Source of the DNA: a virus
Taxonomy: Duplodnaviria > Heunggongvirae > Uroviricota > Caudoviricetes
Reading direction: 5' to 3' (one strand)
Length of the DNA stretch: 64,000 bases
IMG/VR virus record: IMGVR_UViG_3300029850_000274
Location: 12,794 to 76,793 of that record
Below are positions 20,855 to 30,058 of the stretch, in pieces (position 1 is the first letter of the stretch; each line of letters begins with the position of its first letter). The translations under genes were made by a program, and so were the position numbers. Under the pieces are notes generated by a model, which was given only the letters and a program-made list of their open reading frames with translations, was not told where the DNA came from and searched no databases.

Positions 20855-21032
20855 TTGACAAAATAATATCTCTGTATTAATATGAAAATACCCCATATAA
20901 CTTATTTATCGTCAAGTTATAAGGTTAAGTTTACAAGAAATGCAACGAGTTATCTTCCAAGTTCGTCATTGCATTTCCAAAGGATCTACAGTCTATTAGT
21001 TGCCGTAAGTGGTTTCTGATAGACTGTTTTTT
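20855..21032 (+). ncRNA. Candidate small RNA A with promoter and terminator
   Basis: TTGACA-17-TAATAT; three consecutive hairpins, the last followed by a T-run; no ORF with RBS seen. Confidence 0.55.
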
Positions 21033-21075
21033 GTTATGAATATTTATTTTTTATGACATTGCATAAAATTACATA

Positions 21076-21197
21076 TTGACATTTCAAGATTCCAATGATA
21101 CTCTGATAATAAAGAAAGGTGTTACTGATAACGGTTCACCTGATAATTTATACGTTTAATAATAACCGCTTACTTACCAGGTCAGGCGGTTATTTTT
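21076..21197 (+). ncRNA. Candidate small RNA B with promoter and terminator
   Basis: TTGACA-17-TACTCT with extended TG; AGGTG/CACCT hairpin; AATAACCGC/GCGGTTATT stem plus T-run. Confidence 0.5.
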
Positions 21198-21201
21198 CTG
21201 C

Positions 21202-21358
21202 AATAAAAAAGAAGTTATTTGGTAGGCGTCGCCTCTCCTACATCTCTTTTAACCCATAGGGTGCATGGTTGCAACGAATTTTACCACCTCAAATAACTTC
21301 TTGATTATATATTCAATTTATGTATATTTATCATATCAAAAACTTGCCAAAATGTCAA
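21202..21358 (-). ncRNA. Candidate small RNA C with promoter and terminator
   Basis: TTGACA-17-TATGAT with extended TG; 13-bp closing stem AAGAAGTTATTTG/CAAATAACTTCTT around internal hairpins, then T-run. Confidence 0.55.
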
Positions 21359-21900
21359 TCTTCAAAAAACCTTATAAAATAAGGACTTTTTGATGGTCAT
21401 TTTTTACATAAAATTTGAATTTGAATTCCCTGCTTAGAGATGAAATATCTCTGTACGCAAACGATGATAGCAGGTAAACATCGACATTAATTTACACTTT
21501 TGGGCTATACATTACCAGACAATGATCATAAGGTCGTCATTATCTGTCAGGATCGGTAGTCTCTGAACATCCATTCTTATTGAAACATCTTAGCTACTGT
21601 GCCTTATCCCGAAGCACGTTTCTTATGCGGTAGTTTACCGATATCTTCCTATACGGTAAGAATGTGTGTGGCTGATTAGATACAATCGTATAATACGATA
21701 TGAATATCAAATTCTTAAACTATTCCGTCTATTGTTGCCAATTCCGTTTCAGTTTTGATATCCTTTTTCGTTCCAGCAATTACTCCTGATACGTGTATTT
21801 TAAAACCCCGTATCCTATATATTTGTCCAAAACACCATTTCTGTTTCTTCCTTATATATAGTAGGCTCACTGTCACCCTAATGATTTTGAGATAGGGTCA

Positions 21901-22378
21901 ACCTAGGTTTTTAAAAAGTTTAATGCCAGCAAAGCCAGCGGCAGCAGTTTGCAATAATCCAAAACTACTTACTAATTTATTAACCACATTAAGAACATTT
22001 GATAGTAAAGTAATTCCTCCACCAAGAAGGTTTTTATCAGCAAATGTTGTTGAGATAGATTGGAATGAGTTTTTAAGATCTTCTGTTCGTCCTTCCAAAC
22101 TATTCTCATAAACTTTGTACTTTTTGTCTGTAGATCCAGCAGAATTTTCGGATACTTTCTCGTATTCTTGAGCTTTACCGTAATTATTTAATAATACAAG
22201 TACCTCTTCCATGTGGTTTGTGCCAGCGAGAGCTTTGGCAATCGCACGTTTTGATACATCACTGTAGTTAGTCCATTTACCAGCGACTTCATCGAGCACA
22301 TCACCGAAATTTCTAAATGTATCTTGTTTGTCTCTCAGGCTAATTCCTTCACCTTTTAAGACAGTTTCTACATCACTC
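21901..22378 (-). CDS. Tape measure protein, exon 3
   Basis: 478 nt: (L)SDVETVLKGEGISLRD...FGDVLDEVAGKW...FKNLG, continuing the TP901-type TMP core domain. Confidence 0.85.
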
Positions 22379-22720
22379 CAAGCTGTTACTTTGTCCTGTA
22401 GAATGAGACAATATGACTTCTATATAATAAGAAGAAACTCATTACATAGAAGCGGTTGCGGTACTTCCAAAAGTGTCTTTACACTTGACCGCAACTCCAC
22501 TTCTTAAGGAATTATGGGAAATATAGAAGTGTGTTCAGACTGTCGCATAGTCATCGAAATGACCTTCTTTCGCTCAGTCGTTCAAGGCGGATATAGATAT
22601 ATCCTTCCTCCTTATTGACCGTTCCCTCGGCTTCCAAGCACATATGAATATTATTCATATGATCATAAGAAAGAATTGCCACAGTGGTTTATGTATTATG
22701 CCACTGCGCCCCAAATGTCT
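22379..22720 (-). ncRNA. Group I intron 2 (342 nt, no ORF)
   Basis: 5' site after U (GACCU), P1 with U.G pair; R GAACGACUG, S AUGCGACAGUCUG; ends AAAGUAACAGCUUG; P10 CAUUU/GAGUG; CU+G gives an in-frame Leu codon. Confidence 0.9.
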
Positions 22721-22878
22721 AGGTCTTCGCCATTATTTTGATAATCTTTAAGTCGTGCTAGTTTGATATTTCCCATACGGGAGAAAATGGCGTTCAAACC
22801 AGTTCCGACTGAACTCATACCTTCCTGAGTTGTTTCACCGATAGTTGCTAAATAACCGAGCAATTTGTCCATGCTGAC
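22721..22878 (-). CDS. Tape measure protein, exon 2
   Basis: 158 nt: VSMDKLLGYLATIGETTQEGMSSVGTGLNAIFSRM...NNGED. Confidence 0.88.
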
Positions 22879-24464
22879 CAAGCTGTTACTTTCACGTTTG
22901 CTCTACGCTACAGACCACATCAAAGGTACAATGTGGCGGAGGCGGTTCTTCTTAAAGTAGTCTGTTTACTACTGACCGCCTCTCTACATATTTCTATATA
23001 GTTCAGACTGTATATTTGTCTCATAGAGACAGCTACCCGAACAGTCGTTACAATACTGATAAATTTTCATCATATTTAATTTCATAGTTCTTCAAAATAA
23101 ATAAATCATTATCAATATCAAAAACAACCCAGTTATTATCTGTATTTGATAATAGCTGAGTTGCTAATTGCTTAATATGTAATAATTTTTCATCATCTGG
23201 AAGTTTCTTTCCTTTATGTACAATCTTAAACATTTTTAAACCAGAAGATTTTAATGTTTTATATCGAATAATTTCTTTTCTGTCAAATTCTTCTTGTGTT
23301 AAGTGTCCCAAAATCACATTTAGATTATGACCAGATCCATCATATTCACAATAAATATTGTTCTCTAATAAAATATCCAGAAAATAATATTTAGTTGGAA
23401 AATTTAAGATTCCATGATATAAATTGCATAAATGAATTTGATTTTTACTTGCAGGAATGTCGTCTATATTGTGAGAAGAAACAAAAGTTGTTCTAATTTT
23501 ATTTTTTATGCTTTCTGACTTTGATGCAGGATAAACACCATATAGTTCAATAGATGTCTGCCTTGTCTTTTTTAATGCACTTTCCATATGTTTTTTAGAT
23601 TGCATAATATTTTCAACTCCATATTTATCTAATACGGTTTGAATTTGCTTTTGTTTAATCTTTTCATTTTGCAGTGGATGAAGAACTCCATATTTTTGTA
23701 TATTTGTATTTTTAATTTTTTGTTTAACCTTTTCTGATTGCAGTGGAGTTTTCACCCCATATCTCATTAAACAAGTATTTTCTGTTTTATTTCGTATTTG
23801 TTCTGATTTTTGAGGGTTATCAACGCCATATTTTTCTATACAACTTTCTCTGATTTTTTGCTTAATTTCTGAATTTTGAAATACATTATTAACGCCATAT
23901 TTCTTTTTTACAGTTTTAATTTGATTTTGCTGTACTTCTTTATTTTGCATAACATTTTCAACACCGTATTTCTTAAGACAAGTTTCCTTATATCGTTCTT
24001 TGCCTTCTTGCGTCCCCATATAAGAAGAGGTGCCATATTTAAGAATATTTCCTTCTTTTGCTTTTAAAGAAGCACAAGATTTACATGCATGTTTATTTAC
24101 TAGCCCACGATTTAAGTCCTGTCTTTGAGCATAAAAATGTTTTCCACAATAATCACATTTTACTTCAACTTTTTGCATACTACCTTTCGGGATGTCTAAT
24201 TGTGAGACAAGAATTTTTGTTCTATACCCACATTTATATCCTAAATTTTGATAGTATTTTATGGCTTTTCCACATGTCATTATTTCAATTTGTTTATCAA
24301 TAATCATAACTATCACCGTCTTTCTTTATAGTTATGAAATTTATCAGTTATCTCGGTCTTGTCTTTTAGGCTACGATAGCCCATTCAGGTTTTAACCGAT
24401 TTGGGTAATAACTACTATTTGTAAAAATAGCCCATATGTCGCCATATGGTCGGGCATCTACTTT
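22879..24464 (-). mobile_element. Group I intron 1 (1586 nt) with endonuclease ORF in the P6 loop
   Basis: P1 CGGGU/GCCCG with U.G; stem ACUGAUAAAUUUCAU/AUGAAAAUUUAUCAGU brackets the ORF; R GUAACGACUG, S AAUAUACAGUCUG; ends AAAGUAACAGCUUG; junction NLAG|VSMD in frame. Confidence 0.9.
23048..24316 (-). CDS. Intron-encoded putative homing endonuclease (Zn finger, KYGV repeats, Vsr/PD-(D/E)xK-like C-terminus)
   Basis: CDYC..CKSC; about eight (K/R)YGV-type repeats; FLDI..IYCEYDGSGH. Confidence 0.7.
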   Translation of the reverse strand: MIVMIIDKQIEIMTCGKAIKYYQNLGYKCGYRTKILVSQLDIPKGSMQKVEVKCDYCGKHFYAQRQDLNRGLVNKHACKSCASLKAKEGNILKYGTSSYMGTQEGKERYKETCLKKYGVENVMQNKEVQQNQIKTVKKKYGVNNVFQNSEIKQKIRESCIEKYGVDNPQKSEQIRNKTENTCLMRYGVKTPLQSEKVKQKIKNTNIQKYGVLHPLQNEKIKQKQIQTVLDKYGVENIMQSKKHMESALKKTRQTSIELYGVYPASKSESIKNKIRTTFVSSHNIDDIPASKNQIHLCNLYHGILNFPTKYYFLDILLENNIYCEYDGSGHNLNVILGHLTQEEFDRKEIIRYKTLKSSGLKMFKIVHKGKKLPDDEKLLHIKQLATQLLSNTDNNWVVFDIDNDLFILKNYEIKYDENLSVL

Positions 24465-26366
24465 ACCCGCTAAATTTGCATTCGTCGCAACTTCGGACAT
24501 ACCTTCTGCCAAACCACCAACATCAGTAGCAGAAGCCATATCTACAGAAGACATTTTATCTACGATTTTCAAGGTATCTTCTGCACTCGTAATGCCATAA
24601 CCCTTTCTCGCAGAAGTTAAATATTTTGTAGCATTTTCAGATGTTAAATCACCAACCTTGCTCAGTTTAATAGAATTTTCAGCAAGTTTATTAGACTTTT
24701 CAACACTTTGTCCCTGTTTCATCCACTCAGTAGAAGAAGCAGCAACATCTGTACCAGTAGCCTTTAATTGATGCCCCATATTTGAATATGTTTTCATCAA
24801 ATCTTTGGCTTTGTCATTTGATACACCAGTAGCCATCTGAAGCTGAGTCATGGCACTATCTACATCGTATGTATTTTGCACCATTTCTTGTGCTTTGTTC
24901 ATACCAGATTGCAAGATGCCATATGTTCCTACGAACTGAGAAATCTGACTAAATCCACGCTTAACTTCTGAAAACATTGAATTTCCAGTCAATCCCCTTG
25001 CAGAAATTTCAGACTGTATTTTCTTAAAGTCTTGATTTGCTCCTTGTAATTCACCTTTGGTTGTTGCAGACTCAGACTTCTTTGCAATATCTTCTAAGAC
25101 ATCGCCGTAATCCTTTGCAGCTTTTGTATTGTTCTCTAAATAAGTTCTGATCTTATTTGCTTGGATACTACCTTCACCAGGATTAAGTGCTTTTGTTTGA
25201 GTTGAATTGAGAATCTTCATCTCATTATTTAGTTTTTCATATGATTGAATTACTTTCTCATTCTGCTGAATGATTGCATCTTGATTTGCAGTAGTTGGTT
25301 TTGCCTGATACTGAGTATGTAACTTTTGTAAATCTTGTACATTCTTTTCATATTCCTTAAAAGATTTACTTGCATTTTTATATTCTTGAGTACCTGCGTA
25401 ATAGCTATTTAATTTATTCTGCTGTGCGGCTAAATTAGCATCATACGATTTATTTCCAAGATTCCTAGAAACATTTTCTACGTAAGAGTCTTTTTTCTCT
25501 TGTTCCTTGAGTGCTTGATTAAACCAGTTACTATATTGTTTTTCTTGTTCTTTGTGTTGTTTTTCAACTTGTTTTTGAACATCGCTCTGAAGAACTTTAT
25601 TAGGAGAAGCATTTAATAAAGATAAACTACTTGCGGTGTTTTTATCATATTGTTCAAGTTTGGCGTGTGCCTCAATTAACAGATCACGATTCTCAGCGCT
25701 TCGATTCTTCTGAAAGTTGCCATACATTCTGTTTAGTTCTTTTCGCTGTTTATCGTAATCAATGACGTTCATTCCAAACTCATTGTATTCTTTGCTGTTA
25801 TTGTCAACATACCCAGAAAATTGTTTTTGATATTTGCTTGATTTTGATGCAAATTTCTTGGCTTGAATGTCGGATTCAATTTTGGCAGCTTTTTCGTTTA
25901 AAGCTTTTTGCTTTGCTTGAAATTTAGCGTTGTTTTTCTCTTGTTCCTTGAGTGCTTGATCCTGCGCTTTTTCTTGTATTTTTGAAACATTTTTTGCATA
26001 TTTTTTAGCGTCTTTATCTGAAATACCTTCATTTTTTGCAATGTCAGTAATTACAGATGCCATTTCCTCGGCTTGTTTCTTCTGACGACTGATAAGCCCC
26101 TTATCAATATTAGTTTCACCACTAGAATAAAACGTCCCAGAAGCATGTTTCATCTGTTTTTGAATTGCAGATTTACTATATTGTACATATGATTTTGCCT
26201 GAGCATTTGCCTGTCTTTTAATTTGGTTATTAAGTGTTGTATTTGTTGATCCGCTTGTCCCGACAGTAGGATTAATATGAACATCCCTGTCTTTTACAAG
26301 ATCAGCCAATTGAGATTCAACATCACCTTTATTAAGTATTGCTTTAATGACGGCTTGAAAATCCAT
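24465..26366 (-). CDS. Tape measure protein, exon 1 (634 codons)
   Basis: GAGGTG RBS; coiled coil, then TP901-type core (VDSAMTQLQMATG...EWMKQG...ATDVGGLAEGM); last 32 aa of the track ORF are intron read-through. Confidence 0.88.
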
Positions 26367-26447
26367 TCACTCACCTCTTTCATAATTTTGTGCATAATAA
26401 AAAGAGCCTATACAAAATAGACTCTTTTAGTTCCAGTATATAATTAA

Positions 26448-26518
26448 CAGACGGTCAGGGAATCGAACCCCGATCTCTGGTTTTGGAGACCAGTATAATT
26501 CCATTATACCAACCGTCC
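26448..26518 (-). tRNA. tRNA-Trp (CCA)
   Basis: GGACGGT/ACCGTCT acceptor, CTCCAAA loop, TTCGATT T-loop. Confidence 0.85.
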
Positions 26519-26554
26519 GATCAAAGCAATGATCAATTACTTGTTACTTATTCT

Positions 26555-26749
26555 TTAACTAATTGCTGTCAAACATGGCTTCAGTACCCATGTACCAGTA
26601 GGGAAGTCATAAAGATGTGATAAAACATATTCATGTGCTTCGATGACTGAACCAACATTTACCTCTGTATGTATAACTATTCCTCCGCCATACATACTCC
26701 ATTCAGCACAAATAAGTGTATAGTAATTTTTTCTATTCTCTATCATCAT
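26555..26749 (-). CDS. Small hypothetical protein (64 aa)
   Basis: AGGAG RBS; enclosed by a 15-bp inverted repeat. Confidence 0.45.
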   Translation of the reverse strand: MMIENRKNYYTLICAEWSMYGGGIVIHTEVNVGSVIEAHEYVLSHLYDFPTGTWVLKPCLTAIS

Positions 26750-26871
26750 AACATCATCTCCTACTATATAAGTGGTGTTACATCATAGATTTTGTTGTGT
26801 AATTGATCATTGCGAGTTTGAGTATATCATAGTAATATGTTGTATGTATACAGGTATATTTTTCCAGTGCT

Positions 26872-26980
26872 TTGAACCTCACATGGCTAAAGCCACATGA
26901 TTCTTGGGAACTTCCGACTAACGTCAAAATATTTACCAAGCTAACCCCACAATTCCTGCGGTTTTGTTTATAGTTTCTAG
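26872..26980 (-). ncRNA. TnpB omega/reRNA scaffold (approximate 5' end); guide would read AGCACTGGAAAAATAT
   Basis: Structured tract between tnpB stop and right end TTCAA. Confidence 0.6.
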
Positions 26981-28080
26981 GCTACTTTTAGTAACCTTAA
27001 TCCTTCATTCATAATGTTAATTGCTGCATTTATATCTCTGTCATGATGAGTATTACAGCAAGGACAATCCCATTCTCTAACACTGAGATTTTTAGTTTCT
27101 TTATTGACATATCCGCACACATTACAAGTCTGAGAACTTGCAAAGAATTTATCTATCTTAACCACTTTTTTATTATACCAATTAGCTTTATACTCTAATT
27201 CTCTAATAAATTCAGACCATGATACGTCTGCAATAGATCTAGCAAGTTTATGATTTTTAATCATGTTTGATACTTGCAAATCCTCTAAACAAATTACATC
27301 ATTGTTTCTGATGATTTCCGTAGATAATTTTTGAAGAAAATCCTTTCTCTGATTTGCAATATGTTCTTGGAGTCTTGCGACTTTAATTCTTGCTTTATTA
27401 CGATTAGAGCTACCTTTTGATTTTCGAGACAGCTCTCTTTGTAATTTAGCAAGTTTGTTCAAAGACTTATTAAGATATTTATGATTTTCAACCATTTTTC
27501 CATCCGACGTAATACAAAACTCTTTAATTCCTAAATCAATACCAACGGAATTTCCAGTTTTTTTTAATGGTTTAATATCTACATCAGTACAACAAAGTGA
27601 TACATAATATTTGCCACTAGGTGCTTGTGATATAGTGGCATTAAGTATTCTACCTTGTGGTATTAACTTATTTTTTGTCTTTACCATTCCAAGCTTAGGC
27701 AGCTTAATATGTTTGCCACAATAACGAATATTTCCATTAGTACATTTTGATTTGTATGAATATCTGTGCGTTTTCTTTGACTTAAATTTTGGATATCCAG
27801 TATGTTCTTTGAAGAACTTTCGATAAGCAGAATCCAAATCTTTAAGCGAGGATTGAAGGGCAGTAGAGTCAACTTCTTTAAGCCATTCTAATTTGGTTTT
27901 AAGATTCTTCATGTCATTTGCGCACTGTACATATGTAAATGTAGTTTTATCTTTTTCGTATGTTTCAATCCTCTTTGCAAGATATGTATTGTATACAAAT
28001 CTACAACAACCAAAAGTCTTTGCGATTATTTCTTTTTGCTTCTTGTTTGGATAAATTCTGTATTTATAAGCCTTTTCCAC
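26977..28080 (-). CDS. tnpB: RNA-guided endonuclease TnpB
   Basis: [20 protein letters not shown]; RuvC GIDLG, LEDL, DRDINAA; zinc finger [15 protein letters not shown]. Confidence 0.95.
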   Translation of the reverse strand: MEKAYKYRIYPNKKQKEIIAKTFGCCRFVYNTYLAKRIETYEKDKTTFTYVQCANDMKNLKTKLEWLKEVDSTALQSSLKDLDSAYRKFFKEHTGYPKFKSKKTHRYSYKSKCTNGNIRYCGKHIKLPKLGMVKTKNKLIPQGRILNATISQAPSGKYYVSLCCTDVDIKPLKKTGNSVGIDLGIKEFCITSDGKMVENHKYLNKSLNKLAKLQRELSRKSKGSSNRNKARIKVARLQEHIANQRKDFLQKLSTEIIRNNDVICLEDLQVSNMIKNHKLARSIADVSWSEFIRELEYKANWYNKKVVKIDKFFASSQTCNVCGYVNKETKNLSVREWDCPCCNTHHDRDINAAINIMNEGLRLLKVA

Positions 28081-28178
28081 TGTTCCTCACCTCACTTTCT
28101 TTTTTAGGTTTCGGCTCATGTATATTTTTTATTTTGGATGGCGATTCATCTCACCACTAAAGTGGCGAGTGTTCTCGC

Positions 28179-29210
28179 CTACATTGATAAATCAGACAAA
28201 GAACCTTGTTTTCCTTCTTTAATACCGTCTTTTGTAAAGTATTTTCCGAAGTCATCTTCTGCGGATGAATCGTTGTAAATACCAACCAATTCAGTAGAAG
28301 ACCATCCAAAGAATTCTTTGATAACATCAATCGGAATATTCTTCTTTGCGAAAGCAGTGCAAGTATAATGTCTCATACAATGGTAGTAGAAGTCTACGTC
28401 TAACATCTCTGAAAATTCAGCTGTCCATTTATCAAGATTGGATCTACGATGCCAACCATTTTTATCTTTCGTTACAAAGATATCATCAATATCAACGCCA
28501 AGTTCTTTACGTTGTTTATCCCATAAATCAATGTATTTTTTAACATCGACAAGGATAAATTTGTTTAACTGCTTACCTAATTTACCACGACCCTTTGTAC
28601 GAATCTTTGGCGTTTTATATAAAGCACCATCAAATTCAAGAGCATCATCCGTAAAATAAGACATTTTCATCTGAATAATTTCAGACTTTCTCATTCCAGA
28701 ATAAGCAGCGATAGCGATAGCACACGCTTTTTCATATTTCTCTTGTTCGACAAGAGTTTTCAATAAGTCATCAACTTTTTCATCTGGCAGGATAGTTTTC
28801 TCACGTACTGCCTCATTTGCAGGATTCTCAATCTTGTTTACAATTTTTCTGAATCCTTCAAATTCCTCTTCCTCATCTAACATATTTTCGATATAATCAG
28901 ATAAAGAAGAAAGACATGATTTAACACGTCTTGTTCGTTTAGGACTCCATCCCCATACGTTAATTGCATGATTTTGAAATTTAGCAATATCACGCTTTGT
29001 TAATTTTGCGAAGTCCTTATTCTTATTATGTTCCAGATTCCAACACCAGAAAATATCTAAGTCATTGCGATAACCTTTGATTGTACTCTGCGCACGATCA
29101 ATAGAGGCAAGGTAGTCTAACCACTCATTGCCTAAGTCTTTATTATCTTCATTGACCAATGCTAGTTTTTCTGGAGATGTAATCTTGTTATATACCGTAA
29201 ATCTAGCCAA
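28179..29210 (-). CDS. Tyrosine recombinase/integrase-family protein in tail module
   Basis: YSGMRKSE, HCMRH, FGWSS, terminal Y; likely TTG start at 29210 after AGGAGG. Confidence 0.85.
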   Translation of the reverse strand: MARFTVYNKITSPEKLALVNEDNKDLGNEWLDYLASIDRAQSTIKGYRNDLDIFWCWNLEHNKNKDFAKLTKRDIAKFQNHAINVWGWSPKRTRRVKSCLSSLSDYIENMLDEEEEFEGFRKIVNKIENPANEAVREKTILPDEKVDDLLKTLVEQEKYEKACAIAIAAYSGMRKSEIIQMKMSYFTDDALEFDGALYKTPKIRTKGRGKLGKQLNKFILVDVKKYIDLWDKQRKELGVDIDDIFVTKDKNGWHRRSNLDKWTAEFSEMLDVDFYYHCMRHYTCTAFAKKNIPIDVIKEFFGWSSTELVGIYNDSSAEDDFGKYFTKDGIKEGKQGSLSDLSM

Positions 29211-29365
29211 CGGTAAACCTCCTGTGTATAAAATAAATACAACCACAATATATAGTAGTATTCGTAAAAATGAATCACATATATTGTGGTTGCTATGCAT
29301 ATAAAATCTTGGTTTTATTTTGTGAAATTTACATCAGATTTGATGTGAAAAGAATCAAAGATATA

Positions 29366-30022
29366 TTATTTGTTCTTAGATGATAGATATTTTTTCAAAA
29401 CATCGCTTTGATATGTTTCAGGAATATCAATTCCATAATAAATGCTTTCAATGACTGTAGAGTCTGTTTCTGCTTTAATCCACATGTTTAAAGAATTACA
29501 ATATGTAGTATTATATGAAACAAAGGTCATGGCAGCAGTAATTAATTTCTGAATATCTTCTACAGAATAGTATTTACATGGTTGTCCATCAGCATGATAT
29601 TCTAAAGCAGTTTGTCCTGCCGAAATTTTTGCCTGTAGTCCAAAAATGTTAATCTGATCTTTTTCTGTTAAACTAAAATGATAAGTTCCATCAGACATGT
29701 TTACATCTACACCGTTATAAATTGTTTCCTCGCATTTTTCAGAAACTTCTTTTAATTTTGTCTCTCTAATATCAGCGAGTTTTTCTGTGTTTGTATAATG
29801 TAGATACTTTGAGGGATTAGATTTAACATCCTTAATATCAATATTTTCTTTAAGTTCTACAATCTCAGCATAATCATATTCAAAATATTCCAGTTCTTTA
29901 TCTGTATCTTTTAATTTCTCAGTTTTCTTTTCTTCGTTAAGACAAATAAAAATATAATATTTCTCTATATCTTCTATAATCTTAACAGTTTGTTGTTGGC
30001 TAGAAAATCTGGCTTTTTTCAT
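29366..30022 (-). CDS. DUF4376-like tail-fibre-associated protein
   Basis: HFSLTEKDQIN..YHADGQPC..TTYCNSL pattern. Confidence 0.55.
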   Translation of the reverse strand: MKKARFSSQQQTVKIIEDIEKYYIFICLNEEKKTEKLKDTDKELEYFEYDYAEIVELKENIDIKDVKSNPSKYLHYTNTEKLADIRETKLKEVSEKCEETIYNGVDVNMSDGTYHFSLTEKDQINIFGLQAKISAGQTALEYHADGQPCKYYSVEDIQKLITAAMTFVSYNTTYCNSLNMWIKAETDSTVIESIYYGIDIPETYQSDVLKKYLSSKNK

Positions 30023-30058
30023 GAGTTCACCTCTTTCTTATGATGTGGTAGGTGGTTG

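Larger units (their letters stand above)
18299..21900 (-). ncRNA. Group I intron 3 of tape measure gene (3602 nt; core ~21900-21430; cargo inserted downstream of P7)
   Basis: P AAUUGCUGGAA, Q AAUCAGCC, R GUUCAGAGACUA, S AUGUAUAGCCC; P3 UCAGGA/UCCUGA; P6 CAUUCUUA/UAAGAAUG; P8 CAGAUAAUGA/UCAUUGUCUG; P1 UAGGU/GCCUA with U.G; P10 UGACAG with exon-4 UUGUCA. Confidence 0.8.
26872..28186 (-). mobile_element. IS200/IS605-family, TnpB-only (IS1341-like) element
   Basis: Left hairpin CTCGCCACTTTAGTGGTGAG after TTTAT; right hairpin CATGTGGCTTTAGCCATGTG ending TTCAA; no tnpA. Confidence 0.8.

Noticed and set aside
21400..21900. Group II intron or retroelement
   Set aside because: No GUGYG start, domain V or reverse transcriptase; motifs are group I P/Q/R/S
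23500..24050. CRISPR-like periodic repeats
   Set aside because: These are degenerate coding repeats (KYGV units); no repeat-spacer array was seen in the window
21898..26366. TMP fragments as pseudogene pieces or signs of stop-codon recoding
   Set aside because: Group I cores and exact in-frame junctions explain the breaks; all three stop codons end genes normally and no suppressor tRNA was seen
26872..28186. IStron
   Set aside because: No group I core attached to the tnpB element, which lies outside the TMP introns
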